Below, one piece after another: positions 20,143 through 30,046 of a DNA stretch of 64,000 nucleotides. Source of the DNA: Sulfolobales archaeon (GTDB taxonomy: Archaea > Thermoproteota > Thermoprotei_A > Sulfolobales > NBVN01); NCBI GenBank assembly GCA_038831135.1, contig JAWBKW010000001.1:69614-133613 (forward strand), in the 5' to 3' direction. The notes under the pieces are model-generated. The model was not told the DNA's origin. It saw only the letters and a list, made by a program, of their open reading frames with translations, and did no database searches. How positions within the stretch are numbered: position 1 is the stretch's first letter; each line of letters opens with the position of its first letter. The position numbers and the translations under genes are program-made.

Positions 20143-21606
20143 CTAACCTTTAGCAACACCTACGGGTCTTAACTTAGCCACTAATGCAGCGATCTTAACC
20201 TTATGGGATACTATTGCAACTCTATCAACGTCTTTATAAGCTCCTGGGGCTTCCTCGGAGACTACGTCCTTAGTTGCAGCTCTTAAGTATATTCCTAACT
20301 TACTTAGTTCGTTCTCAACATCAGCCGGTTTATATCTCCTTATGGCGGCCTCCCTAGATAGCCACCTACCAGCTCCATGCGCAGCTGAGTAGAACGTCTG
20401 CATACCTTCAGGGATTCCAACCATTACATAGCTAGCGCTGCCCATAGACCCCGGTATCAGAACTACTTGACCTATTTCCTTATGGTCCTTAGGTATATCA
20501 GGGTGTCCCGGTGGGAATGCCCTAGTAGCTCCTTTCCTATGGACTACTACCTTCTTAGTTTTAGAGTCTATTACATGTTCTTCGATCTTAGCTATGTTAT
20601 GTGCTACATCGTAGACTGTCTCAAGACCTAATTTACTTGGATCGGTTTTCAGAACCTTACCGAAGCTCTCCCGGACCCAATGGGTGATTAACTGTCTGTT
20701 GGTCCACGCGTAATTGGCTGCAGCAGCCATCGCTGCAAAGTAGTCTTCACCCTCACGAGACTTTACAGGCACTGAAGCTAGTTCCCTATCGGGAGGTGTT
20801 ATTCCGTACCTCCTCATAGCCTTTTCCATAATCATTAAGTAATCGCTGGCTACCTGATGTCCTAGTCCTCTAGACCCTGTATGTACCATAACTGTTACCT
20901 GTCCTTCGGTCTCGATACCCAGTTTCTTAGCTATTTCTGGAGCATATATCTTATCAACTACTTGGATTTCTAAGAAGTGATTACCGGCACCTAATGTCCC
21001 TAGCTGAGGGGCACCCCTGTCCTTAGCCGATTTACTAACCTTACTGGCGTCAGCTCCCTTCATAGCTCCACCCTCCTCGATGTGGTCTAGATCTTCATAC
21101 CAACCAAAACCTTTCTCAACCGCCCACCTAACACCCTCCTCAAGTACCTTATCTAGCTCTGCAACAGTTAATCTAACCTTCCCGGTACTTCCCACTCCGC
21201 TTGGGACGTTCCTGAATATCTCGTTCACTAAATCTTTCACTTTATCCTTAACGTCGTTGTAAGTTAAGTTGGTTCTAAGTAATCTCACACCGCAGTTGAT
21301 GTCGTAACCAACACCACCAGGTGATATCACACCTTCTTCATAATCCATAGCAGCTACCCCACCTATTGGGAAGCCATAGCCTTGATGTCCGTCAGGCATG
21401 ACGTATACGGACTTCAGAACACCTTTTAAGCAGGCAACATTAGCTGCTTGAACTAGAGTTAAGTCTTCCTCCATCTTCTTAAGGAGGAAGTCATCAGCAA
21501 ATACAACGGCGTCAACCTTCATACATTCTTTACTTTCTTTAGGTATTACCCAAGTATGGTCGTTCACCTTCTTGAGCTGTATCCTATGAGACATCGTTCT
21601 TACCAC
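20143..21606 (-). CDS. rtcB: RNA-splicing ligase RtcB
   Basis: 487 aa. RtcB-typical metal and GTP-binding segments: DGHQGYGFPIGGV, GYDINCG, GAGNHF, HTGSRGLG, AHGAGR. Confidence 0.95.
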   Translation of the reverse strand: MVRTMSHRIQLKKVNDHTWVIPKESKECMKVDAVVFADDFLLKKMEEDLTLVQAANVACLKGVLKSVYVMPDGHQGYGFPIGGVAAMDYEEGVISPGGVGYDINCGVRLLRTNLTYNDVKDKVKDLVNEIFRNVPSGVGSTGKVRLTVAELDKVLEEGVRWAVEKGFGWYEDLDHIEEGGAMKGADASKVSKSAKDRGAPQLGTLGAGNHFLEIQVVDKIYAPEIAKKLGIETEGQVTVMVHTGSRGLGHQVASDYLMIMEKAMRRYGITPPDRELASVPVKSREGEDYFAAMAAAANYAWTNRQLITHWVRESFGKVLKTDPSKLGLETVYDVAHNIAKIEEHVIDSKTKKVVVHRKGATRAFPPGHPDIPKDHKEIGQVVLIPGSMGSASYVMVGIPEGMQTFYSAAHGAGRWLSREAAIRRYKPADVENELSKLGIYLRAATKDVVSEEAPGAYKDVDRVAIVSHKVKIAALVAKLRPVGVAKG

Positions 21607-21766
21607 CTAAACTCATAAATATTATGGTTCTTCAAGTTTTTAAGTTTCTGACTTCCTCACCCTAAGGTATGATACTTTCGACCGTAGAATTTCCCTTATA
21701 AAAACAACTTATGAGCTTATTAACCTTAAGATTATTGTTTTTGTTAGCAGTAGGGGTGTACGGTAG

Positions 21767-22243
21767 TTGCCTATTTGGCGTTACTCGGTTGAGGTTGATG
21801 ATGTGAGGAGCGCTAAAGCTATGATGTGGGACTTACCCATATCTAGGAAGGAGGCTTACGAAATATTTAAGATCTTAAGAGGCATGAAGTTAGTTAAGGC
21901 TAAGAAGTTATTGAATGATGTACTCAGTTATAAGACTCCTTTGCCGTACACGCGTCATAAATTATCCATAGCGCATAAGAAAGGCTTATCAGATTCTTTT
22001 CCTAAATGGAAATCACCTATTGGTAGGTATCCGGTTAAGGCATGTAGATACATTCTTAAGTTACTTGAGAACGTAGAGAATAACGCCTTAAATAAAGGCT
22101 TAAATACTGAGAGGTTAGTGATTATTCATGCTGCAGCTCATAGGGGTCCATACTTGAAGAGGTGGATGCCTAGGGCGTTTGGTAGAGCCACTCCTAAGTT
22201 TAGGTCGTTAACACATGTTGAAGTAGTGGTTAGTGAGGTGTAG
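21767..22243 (+). CDS. rpl22: ribosomal protein uL22
   Basis: 158 aa, TTG start, located upstream of uS3. Confidence 0.9.
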   Translation: MPIWRYSVEVDDVRSAKAMMWDLPISRKEAYEIFKILRGMKLVKAKKLLNDVLSYKTPLPYTRHKLSIAHKKGLSDSFPKWKSPIGRYPVKACRYILKLLENVENNALNKGLNTERLVIIHAAAHRGPYLKRWMPRAFGRATPKFRSLTHVEVVVSEV

Positions 22244-22246
22244 GTA

Positions 22247-22900
22247 TTGGTAGATATTAAGTCTCATTTTATTAAGTTAAATCTGGTTAAGGTTAAGGTT
22301 GATGAGTACCTAGCTAAGACCTTCATGAGGGCTGGATACGCGAAGGTGGACCTCGTTAAAACACCTCTAGGTACTAGGGTCGTCATATATGCTGATAGAC
22401 CTGCTTTAATAATCGGTAAGAAGGGTCAAACAATTAGGCAGTTGACTGAACTCCTTGAGAAGTACTTTAAGGTTGAGAATCCTCAAATTACTGTAACTCA
22501 GGTTGAGAATCCTGAGCTAAATGCTAGGGTGGTTGCAACTAGGTTAGCCTTGGCTATCGAGAAGGGCTATCATTTCAGGAGAGCTGCCTTCGTAGCTTTA
22601 AGGAGGGCTTTAGGTGCAGGTGCCTTAGGTGTTGAGATAGTAATTAGCGGTAAGATAATCAGTGAGAGGGCTAAGTATGAGAAAATTAGGGCTGGTAAGG
22701 TCTATAAGACTGGTGATCACGTATATCAGTTAGTGGATAGGGCTGTAGTTCACTTACTTCAAAAGCCAGGTATCTACGGTATCGAGGTATCGATAGTTAA
22801 ACCTTTAGAACCTGTGGATAGGATCGAAATCATTAAAGCAACGCCTCCAACACCTTCTGAACAGCAGCTGGAGTCTTTAGAGGGTGCTCAAACATCTTAG
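22247..22900 (+). CDS. rps3: ribosomal protein uS3
   Basis: 217 aa. KH domain with IIGKKGQTIRQL. TTG start preceded by GAGGTG. Confidence 0.95.
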   Translation: MVDIKSHFIKLNLVKVKVDEYLAKTFMRAGYAKVDLVKTPLGTRVVIYADRPALIIGKKGQTIRQLTELLEKYFKVENPQITVTQVENPELNARVVATRLALAIEKGYHFRRAAFVALRRALGAGALGVEIVISGKIISERAKYEKIRAGKVYKTGDHVYQLVDRAVVHLLQKPGIYGIEVSIVKPLEPVDRIEIIKATPPTPSEQQLESLEGAQTS

Positions 22901-22910
22901 GTGAGGGTTT

Positions 22911-23123
22911 ATGAGCTTATCAGCTGATGAAATTAGGAAGATGAGTCGTGAAGACAGACTTAAGCAACTTAACGAATTGAACTTAGAGCTCCTGAAGTTA
23001 AGAGCTCAAGCTGCCATGGGTACATTAACTAATGTAGGGAGGATTAAAGTAATCCGTAAGAATATTGCTAGGATATTAACAGTCCTGCGTGAGGAGGAGA
23101 TCAGGAGTGGTGAGAAGCGCTAA
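22911..23123 (+). CDS. rpl29: ribosomal protein uL29
   Basis: 70 aa, helical, in the expected operon position. Confidence 0.9.
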   Translation: MSLSADEIRKMSREDRLKQLNELNLELLKLRAQAAMGTLTNVGRIKVIRKNIARILTVLREEEIRSGEKR

Positions 23124-23388
23124 TAACATAGTATATCATGAATTGATAGGCCTTCAGGCGAGGGTAATTAAGCATACCGATAAGACTTTAGAAGGTTGTA
23201 GCGGGGTAGTAGTTGACGAGACAATGAATACTTTAATTATTGAGAAAGACGGTAAAATCATCACAGTACCTAAGTTTGGTTCTAGAATTGTTTTTAAGCT
23301 ACCTCATAAAGATGTAGAGGTACGTGGGGAGATGTTGGTAGGTAGACCTGAAGATAGAGTTAAGAAGTTGAGGGGTGTAGTTAGGTAA
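23089..23388 (+). CDS. rnp1: RNase P protein component 1 (Rpp29/Pop4)
   Basis: 99 aa. Sm-like core (ELIGLQARVIKHTD...GVVVDETMNTLII), in the conserved slot between L29 and S17. Confidence 0.8.
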   Translation: MRRRSGVVRSANNIVYHELIGLQARVIKHTDKTLEGCSGVVVDETMNTLIIEKDGKIITVPKFGSRIVFKLPHKDVEVRGEMLVGRPEDRVKKLRGVVR

Positions 23389-23750
23389 TGGCATCACCAT
23401 TTAAGGTTAACAACGTAGGTGTTAATTATGAAGGGTTGAAACCTCCTCAGAGTTCTTGCGATGATCCTACATGCCCATGGCATGGGCATATAAAGGTTAG
23501 GGGTCTAATACTTGAAGGTACCGTAATTAAGTCTAGGATGGATAAAACAGTTGTTGTTGAGAGGGAATATACGGTCTATAGTAGGAAGTATATGAGGTAT
23601 GAAAGGAGGAGGTCTAGGATTCACGCCCATAATCCACCATGCATTAATGCTAAGGAAGGCGACGTAGTAGTTGTTGGTGAGACAAGGCCTATATCTAAAT
23701 CTGTTTCTAAGGTAGTGCTTGGTGTGATTTCTAGGAGAGGTGAGAGTTGA
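23388..23750 (+). CDS. rps17: ribosomal protein uS17
   Basis: 120 aa, in the expected operon position. Confidence 0.9.
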   Translation: MASPFKVNNVGVNYEGLKPPQSSCDDPTCPWHGHIKVRGLILEGTVIKSRMDKTVVVEREYTVYSRKYMRYERRRSRIHAHNPPCINAKEGDVVVVGETRPISKSVSKVVLGVISRRGES

Positions 23751-24175
23751 TGGGTGCTAAGAGAGCTAAGTTAGGTGCGGCTTTTGGCAGGAGGGGTTAC
23801 TCAGCCGGCGTCTGTATAGGCACTAGGTTAAAGGTCGCCGATAATAGCGGAGCTAAGGAAGCTATGGTGGTCGGTATTCCAGGTTTTAAGACTAGGTTGA
23901 GGAGAGTTCCCGTAGCTACTGTTGGTGATTTAGTAGTTGTCGCCGTCAAGAAGGGAACTATGGAATTAGTTGGTCAGGTAATGCGTGCGGTAGTTATAAG
24001 GCAGAAGAAACCATATAAAAGGCTTGACGGGACGTGGATAGCGTTCGAAGATAATGCATGCGTCATAGTTACGCCTGAGGGTACACCTAAGGGAAGCGAG
24101 GTTAGGGGCCCTGTAGCAAGAGAGGCTGCCGAGAGATGGCCAACCATAGCCAACATAGCAACTATCGTGGTTTAG
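23747..24175 (+). CDS. rpl14: ribosomal protein uL14
   Basis: 142 aa. Contains KVADNSGAK. The ATG at 23750 is the likely start. Confidence 0.95.
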   Translation: MMGAKRAKLGAAFGRRGYSAGVCIGTRLKVADNSGAKEAMVVGIPGFKTRLRRVPVATVGDLVVVAVKKGTMELVGQVMRAVVIRQKKPYKRLDGTWIAFEDNACVIVTPEGTPKGSEVRGPVAREAAERWPTIANIATIVV

Positions 24176-24188
24176 GAGGGTATCATGA

Positions 24189-24551
24189 ATGATTTCTTCA
24201 AAACCAAGTAAGCAAAGGATTTCTTTAGTCAACGCGTCGCTTAATCAGAGGCGTAAGTTATTGGCTGCAAGGTTATCTGATGAGTTAATCAGTAAATACG
24301 GCATTAAACGCATTAGTGTTAGGGTTGGTGACGTCGTTAAGATTATGAGAGGTGATTGGGTAGGTCATGAAGGTAAGGTTGTTAAGGTTGATTTAAAGAA
24401 GGGTAGAATTCATGTCGAGGGAGTAACGATCAAGAAAGCTGATGGTACCCCTATATACTATCCAATACATCCCTCTAAGGTGGTTATAACTAAATTAGAT
24501 GTTAGTGATAAGTGGAGGGAGAAAGTTATTAATAGACGTAAGGGGGTTTAG
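24189..24551 (+). CDS. rpl24: ribosomal protein uL24
   Basis: 120 aa. KOW motif [21 protein letters not shown]. Confidence 0.9.
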   Translation: MISSKPSKQRISLVNASLNQRRKLLAARLSDELISKYGIKRISVRVGDVVKIMRGDWVGHEGKVVKVDLKKGRIHVEGVTIKKADGTPIYYPIHPSKVVITKLDVSDKWREKVINRRKGV

Positions 24552-24568
24552 GAGGTAGGTGATTAGGT

Positions 24569-25327
24569 ATGGGTAAAATGGGCGTTTCAAGACATATGAA
24601 GAGACATGCTGCACCAATGTTCTGGCCGCTTATGAGGAAGGAATTTAAGTGGGCTATTAAGCCTTCGTCAGGGCCCCACCCGATAAGCAGATCTTTACCT
24701 TTATTAGTTTTAGTTAGAGACGTGCTAAAGTATGTCGAGCGTAGTAAGGAGGCTAGGAGGTTAATAGCTGAGGGGCACTTCAAGGTCGATGGTGTTGTAA
24801 GGACTGATTATAAATTTCCCGTCGGGTTGATGGATGTTATTGAGGTGGTTGACACTGGTGAGTTCTTTAGAGTCATACCAGCTCCTACAATATATATGGG
24901 TTTAATACCAGTAAGTAGGGAGGAGGGTTCCTTCAAACTTTGCCGTATCGAAAATAAGACAACCGTTAATGGAGGGCATATACAGCTAAACCTCCATGAT
25001 GGTAAAAATGTATTAGTTAGGGTTTCAGATCCTAAGAACCCTACAGAAGATGTTTATAAAACCATGGGATCTTTAAAGGTGAGTATTCCAAATCTAGAGA
25101 TAGTTAAGTACTTACCCCTTCAGACAGGTTCTCTAGTCATCATCACGAGCGGACGTAGTGTCGGTAAGGTAGGTAAATTGTTAGAGGTATCTGAGGGTAT
25201 GGGTAAATATAGGAAGTTGGTTAAGGTTGAAGGACTTAAGGGCGAAGCGATATATACAACACTTGATAAAGTGTTCGTTATAGGTGTTGAATCACCCGAA
25301 ATTACGCTACCTAAGGGTGTTTTCTAA
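24569..25327 (+). CDS. rps4e: ribosomal protein eS4
   Basis: 252 aa. N-terminal GVSRHMKRHAAP. Confidence 0.9.
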   Translation: MGKMGVSRHMKRHAAPMFWPLMRKEFKWAIKPSSGPHPISRSLPLLVLVRDVLKYVERSKEARRLIAEGHFKVDGVVRTDYKFPVGLMDVIEVVDTGEFFRVIPAPTIYMGLIPVSREEGSFKLCRIENKTTVNGGHIQLNLHDGKNVLVRVSDPKNPTEDVYKTMGSLKVSIPNLEIVKYLPLQTGSLVIITSGRSVGKVGKLLEVSEGMGKYRKLVKVEGLKGEAIYTTLDKVFVIGVESPEITLPKGVF

Positions 25328-25879
25328 ATGAACGCTATACAATTGAAGGAAAATTATGTGAAGTTATGGGAAGAAAATCCTATGTACAAGCCTAGGGTGG
25401 CTAAGGTTACTGTAAACATAGGGGTTGGTGAGGGCGGTGAGAAATTACAGAGAGCTGCTAAGGTTTTAGAGATGTTGACTGGTCAGGAGCCATCTTTCAG
25501 AAAAGCTAAGAAAACAATTAAGGAGTTCGGTGTTCGTAAGGGTGAGCCTATAGCTGTTGCGGTCACTCTTAGAGGTGAGAAGGCTATGAAGTTCCTTAAT
25601 TTGATTTTGGAGGCTGTAGGTTGGCGTGTCAAGAAGAGCAGTTTTGATGATTATGGGAACGTATCTATAGGTATTAAGGAGCATATAATGCTTCCAGGTG
25701 TTAAGTACGATCCTGAGTTAGGGATCTTTGGTATGGACGTAGCGATTACTTTAGAAAGACCTGGATATAGAGTTATGCGTAGGTATAGGAGGAAGTCGAG
25801 GGTGCCTAAGAGGCATAGGATCTCGAAGGAGGAGGCTCAAACTTTCTTCGAAACCGTCCTCAACGTGAAGGTGGTTTAA
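25328..25879 (+). CDS. rpl5: ribosomal protein uL5
   Basis: 183 aa, in the expected operon position. Confidence 0.9.
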   Translation: MNAIQLKENYVKLWEENPMYKPRVAKVTVNIGVGEGGEKLQRAAKVLEMLTGQEPSFRKAKKTIKEFGVRKGEPIAVAVTLRGEKAMKFLNLILEAVGWRVKKSSFDDYGNVSIGIKEHIMLPGVKYDPELGIFGMDVAITLERPGYRVMRRYRRKSRVPKRHRISKEEAQTFFETVLNVKVV

Positions 25880-25880
25880 T

Positions 25881-26045
25881 ATGGGTAAATACAGACCTTC
25901 CATTATTAGGAAGTACGGTCGTGGAGCTCAGGAATGCATTAGATGCGGTTCTAAAGACGCGGTCATTCAGAAATATGGAATATACTTATGTAGGCAGTGC
26001 TTTAGGGAGGTAGCTCATTCGTTAGGATTTAAGAAATATGCATGA
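25881..26045 (+). CDS. rps14: ribosomal protein uS14 (zinc-ribbon type)
   Basis: Below the ORF-track cutoff. My own translation, [54 protein letters not shown] (54 aa), has CxxC...CxxC. Located between uL5 and uS8. Confidence 0.9.
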   Translation: MGKYRPSIIRKYGRGAQECIRCGSKDAVIQKYGIYLCRQCFREVAHSLGFKKYA

Positions 26046-26054
26046 GGTGATTAG

Positions 26055-26456
26055 ATGGTTACCATGGATCCGTTGGCTAACGCTTTATCAACATTGGTTA
26101 GTTGTGAGATGAGGCGTCATAGAGAGGCAGTAATATGGCCGGCATCTAAGTTGATAGCCATGATCTTAAGGGTGATGCAGAAGCAGGGATACGTTGGTGA
26201 GTTTGAGTATATAGATGACGGTCGTTGGGGTAAGATAAAGGTGCAGTTACTTGGTAGGATTAATAAGGCAGGGGCTATTAAGCCCAGGCAACCAATATCT
26301 TATGATGAGTTAAGGCAGATGCCTCATTGGTTGAGGGAGTACTTACCCTCTAGGGATATTGGGATCCTAGTATTAAGTACTCCTAAAGGTGTTATTTCGC
26401 ATAAGGAAGCGTTGGAAATGAGGATTGGTGGTATACTCCTTGCTTACGTATACTGA
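26055..26456 (+). CDS. rps8: ribosomal protein uS8
   Basis: 133 aa, preceded by GAGGTGA. Confidence 0.9.
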   Translation: MVTMDPLANALSTLVSCEMRRHREAVIWPASKLIAMILRVMQKQGYVGEFEYIDDGRWGKIKVQLLGRINKAGAIKPRQPISYDELRQMPHWLREYLPSRDIGILVLSTPKGVISHKEALEMRIGGILLAYVY

Positions 26457-26467
26457 GGTGGTTTTAA

Positions 26468-27028
26468 ATGGTTAGGGATGTAATGATTAAGGAAAGCATT
26501 TCAATCCCCGCAGGTGTTGAGGTTTCCTGCGAGGGTATGAAGGTACGTGTTAAGGGACCTAAGGGCGAGGTAATTAGGGACTTCAGCAACGTGAAGGGTA
26601 TTAAGTTCTTATTAAGTGGTGATAAGTTAGTTGTTTACTCCTTCTTCACAAACAGGAGAATTAAGTCACTTACCTATACAGTAGTTGCACACATTAAGAA
26701 TATGATTGATGGTGTTACAAGGGGTTATCGGTATAAGCTTAAGATAGTGTTCTCACACTTCCCTGTGACCGTTAGGGTTGAGGGTGATAAAGTGTTGATA
26801 GAGAATTTCCTCGGGGAACGTTCACCAAGGATCGCTAAGATTAGGGGTAATTTGAAGGTCTACGTTAAGGGTGAGGACATCATTGTTGAGGGAGTAGATA
26901 TAGAGGATGTTGCTCAGACCGCAGCCAATATTGAGAAGGTAACAAAAATTAGAGAATTAGATAGGCGTGTCTTCAATGACGGTATTTTCATCTATGAGAG
27001 GGGGTATGCTGATGGTGAGCAGGGCTAG
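26468..27028 (+). CDS. rpl6: ribosomal protein uL6
   Basis: 186 aa, in the expected operon position. Confidence 0.9.
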   Translation: MVRDVMIKESISIPAGVEVSCEGMKVRVKGPKGEVIRDFSNVKGIKFLLSGDKLVVYSFFTNRRIKSLTYTVVAHIKNMIDGVTRGYRYKLKIVFSHFPVTVRVEGDKVLIENFLGERSPRIAKIRGNLKVYVKGEDIIVEGVDIEDVAQTAANIEKVTKIRELDRRVFNDGIFIYERGYADGEQG

Positions 27029-27410
27029 GATTAGTAGGAAGGTCTTAGTTAGGGCAATTAGGAAGAAGAGGGATTTAACTTTCTATAGAAATGTTTGGTG
27101 GAAGTTTGCTAAATTTAGGAATAATCCAGTATGGAGGAGACCTAAAGGTAAGGATAATCCTATGAGGTTAAAGCTTAAGGGCCATCCACCAATGGCGAGC
27201 GTTGGCTTCGGGACGCCAGCCATTATAAGGGGTCTACATCCTAAGGGGCTTCAACCAGTAGTGGTTAACAGTATTTCAGACTTAAGTAGGTATAGACCTG
27301 AGGAAGTCTTGGTTTATATAGGTAGGGAAGTCGGTTTACGTAAGAGGTTAGAAATAATTGATAAGGCTAGGGAAGCTGGTTTCTTAATAGCTAATGAGGG
27401 TGTTAGGTAG
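27006..27410 (+). CDS. rpl32e: ribosomal protein eL32
   Basis: The track ORF begins at 26967. The ATG at 27006/27012 is more plausible because it overlaps the uL6 end only slightly. Confidence 0.85.
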   Translation: MLMVSRARISRKVLVRAIRKKRDLTFYRNVWWKFAKFRNNPVWRRPKGKDNPMRLKLKGHPPMASVGFGTPAIIRGLHPKGLQPVVVNSISDLSRYRPEEVLVYIGREVGLRKRLEIIDKAREAGFLIANEGVR

Positions 27411-27411
27411 T

Positions 27412-27867
27412 ATGGTTGATTTAAGTGTTCAGAAGAGGCTTGCAGCAGAGATCTTAGGGGTAGGTGTTTCTAGGATTAGGATAGATCCGAGTAGGGCTGA
27501 GGATGTTTCAGGAGTTATAACTAGGGAGGGTATTAAGAGGTTGATTAAGGACGGCGTTATAGATGTTGAGTATGAGAAAGGGAATTCTAGAGGTAGGTGG
27601 AAGGAGAGGCATAGTAAGAGGAAGGCAGGTCATAGGAGGGGTCATGGTAAGCGTAAGGGGGTATATAGCGCTAGGGCTGACGAGAAGTTGATGTGGATTA
27701 ACACTATTAGGAAATTAAGGAGGTACTTGAAGTGGTTGAAGGAACATGAAGTGATCGATACTGCGGTCTACAGGAGAGCATATAGGTTGGCGAAGGGTGG
27801 TGCCTTCAAAAACTTACCAGACCTTAAGAGGTATTTACAGCATTTAGGAATAAGTGGTGTTCGGTAA
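27412..27867 (+). CDS. rpl19e: ribosomal protein eL19
   Basis: Starts MVDLSVQKRLAAEILGVG. The track ORF starts 18 nt earlier, inside eL32. Confidence 0.9.
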   Translation: MVDLSVQKRLAAEILGVGVSRIRIDPSRAEDVSGVITREGIKRLIKDGVIDVEYEKGNSRGRWKERHSKRKAGHRRGHGKRKGVYSARADEKLMWINTIRKLRRYLKWLKEHEVIDTAVYRRAYRLAKGGAFKNLPDLKRYLQHLGISGVR

Positions 27868-27877
27868 GGTGTTCAGT

Positions 27878-28471
27878 ATGGCTAGAGGTCCTAGATATAA
27901 GGTACCGAGGAAGCGTAGGAGGGAGGGTAAGACAAATTACCGTAAGAGATACGTAATGCTTAAGTCTGGTAGGGATGTTAGATTAGTTGTGAGGATATCT
28001 AATAAACACGTAGTGGTTCAATTCATTAGGTTTTCTGCAAGAGGTGATGAGACCTTAGTAGGTGTTAGTAGTAAGTCTTTATTTAAGTATGGTTGGAAGG
28101 GCTATACAAACAATACCCCAGCGACTTACTTAGTAGGTTTAATAGCTGGCCTGAAGGCTAAGAAGTTAGGTATAAGTTATGCGGTACCTGATATTGGGCT
28201 TCATAGACCTGTTAAGGGTTCAAGAGTATTCGCTGCTATTAAGGGGTGTCTAGATGCCGGTATTGAAGTACCGGTATCTGATGAAGTACTACCTGATGAC
28301 GGTAGGATTATTGGTAAACACATAGCTAATTATGCTAAGGAATTAATGAGCGTAGATGAGGGATTATTTAAGAAAGGGTTTTCAAAAGTTTTAAGTAGTG
28401 GTTTAGACTTGACGGAACTTCCGAAGCACTTCGCAGCGGTTAAGGAAAATATATTAAAAATGCTTGGTTGA
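27878..28471 (+). CDS. rpl18: ribosomal protein uL18
   Basis: Starts MARGPRYKVPRKRRREGKTNYRKR. The track ORF starts at 27854. Confidence 0.9.
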   Translation: MARGPRYKVPRKRRREGKTNYRKRYVMLKSGRDVRLVVRISNKHVVVQFIRFSARGDETLVGVSSKSLFKYGWKGYTNNTPATYLVGLIAGLKAKKLGISYAVPDIGLHRPVKGSRVFAAIKGCLDAGIEVPVSDEVLPDDGRIIGKHIANYAKELMSVDEGLFKKGFSKVLSSGLDLTELPKHFAAVKENILKMLG

Positions 28472-28482
28472 GGTGGTAGTTT

Positions 28483-29115
28483 ATGAGTTCTCAATCTTTG
28501 GAGGAGTGGGTTCCCAGGACACGGTTAGGTAGAATGGTTAAGGAGGGTAAGATAGTAAGTATTAAGGAGATATTCGATAATAATATGGTGATTCAAGAAC
28601 CTGAGATAGTTGATTACTTACTACCTGACTTAAAGTACGAGATAGTTGATGTGTCTATAGTGCAGAAGCAGACCGACGCAGGTGAGTTAACTAGGTTTAG
28701 GGCTTTAGTCGTTGCCGGTAACTTAGACGGGTATGTAGGTGTTGGCTTCGGTAAAGCTAAGCAGTTAAGGCAGGCTATCGAGAAGGCGTTAACGGATGCT
28801 AAATTGAATATAATTCCTGTAAGAAGGGGTTGCGGTAGTTGGGAGTGCTTATGTAACGACCCTCACTCAACACCATTTAATACTACAGGGAAGGCTGGAA
28901 GCGTATCTATTAGAATTGTACCAGCTCCTAAAGGTACTGGATTAGTTGCTGGTGAGGCAGCTAAGGTTGTTTTGAGGTATGCCGGAGTTAAGGACGCTTG
29001 GACCTGGTCGAAAGGTGAGACTAGGACGACCTTAAACTTTGTATTAGCAACTTATGAAGCGCTTAAAAACACCTATAAGTTTGTAACAGTATATGACTGG
29101 GTGAGGGGCCAGTAG
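28483..29115 (+). CDS. rps5: ribosomal protein uS5
   Basis: 210 aa, preceded by GAGGTGG. Confidence 0.9.
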   Translation: MSSQSLEEWVPRTRLGRMVKEGKIVSIKEIFDNNMVIQEPEIVDYLLPDLKYEIVDVSIVQKQTDAGELTRFRALVVAGNLDGYVGVGFGKAKQLRQAIEKALTDAKLNIIPVRRGCGSWECLCNDPHSTPFNTTGKAGSVSIRIVPAPKGTGLVAGEAAKVVLRYAGVKDAWTWSKGETRTTLNFVLATYEALKNTYKFVTVYDWVRGQ

Positions 29116-29120
29116 GGACT

Positions 29121-29591
29121 ATGTCGTTGCTATTAATAATCAGATTAAGGGGTAGGACTGGTGTGCCACCTGATGTTGAGAAGACGTTGGAGCTCTTAAG
29201 ACTTACTAGGAAGTTCCACGCAGTAATATATCCTGAAAGCGAGAGTGTTAAGGGGATGTTGGAAGTTGTTAAGGATTGGGTTACTTGGGGAGAGGTAAGT
29301 CCGGAAGTACTTAAGGAGTTAATAACTTATAGAGGCAGGTTAGTCGGTGATAAACCAATTACTCAGGAAGATATTAAGAAGTTATTCAGTGCCTCAAGTA
29401 TTGACGACTTAGTTGATGCTTTAATTAATGGTAAGGTTTTATGGCATAAGGTACCTGAGGTTGAACCAGTTTTTAGGTTGAGACCTCCTAAAGGAGGATT
29501 TAAGAGGAGTGTTAGGAGACCTTATAAGTCTCAGGGTGAGCTAGGGTATAGAGGTCCAGATATAAATGAGTTAGTTAGGAGGATGATCTAG
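29121..29591 (+). CDS. rpl30: ribosomal protein uL30
   Basis: 156 aa, in the expected operon position. Confidence 0.9.
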   Translation: MSLLLIIRLRGRTGVPPDVEKTLELLRLTRKFHAVIYPESESVKGMLEVVKDWVTWGEVSPEVLKELITYRGRLVGDKPITQEDIKKLFSASSIDDLVDALINGKVLWHKVPEVEPVFRLRPPKGGFKRSVRRPYKSQGELGYRGPDINELVRRMI

Positions 29592-29593
29592 TT

Positions 29594-30037
29594 ATGGTTG
29601 TTAGGAGGGAAAAGAAAAGTAGGAAATATAGAGGTTATAGAAATCAAGGATATGGCAGCATAGGCCAGCATAGGAAGAGTGGTAGCAGAGGCGGTAGGGG
29701 AGCCTCAGGACTACACAAACATAAGTGGTCGTGGCTAATAAAGAACTTCCCGGACTGGTATGGTAAGCATGGATTTACCAGACCATTAGCTGCAGAATAT
29801 AATGCTATCAACTTAGATCAGCTTAATGACTTAGTACGTAAGTTAGTTAGTACGGGTAAAGTAACTTACGATGATGGTAAGGTCGTTGTAGATTTAGGTG
29901 CTTTTGGAATTAATAAATTATTAGGTAGGGGTGTTTTAGATAGTAAGGTTAAGGTCTACGTATGTAAGGCCACTGAAGGTGCTATAAGTAAGGTTAAGGA
30001 GTTTGGTGGTGAGGTAGTCCTAACTGAAAAGAGGTAG
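29594..30037 (+). CDS. rpl15: ribosomal protein uL15
   Basis: 147 aa with a Gly/Arg-rich N-terminus. Confidence 0.9.
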   Translation: MVVRREKKSRKYRGYRNQGYGSIGQHRKSGSRGGRGASGLHKHKWSWLIKNFPDWYGKHGFTRPLAAEYNAINLDQLNDLVRKLVSTGKVTYDDGKVVVDLGAFGINKLLGRGVLDSKVKVYVCKATEGAISKVKEFGGEVVLTEKR

Positions 30038-30046
30038 GGATCGTAT

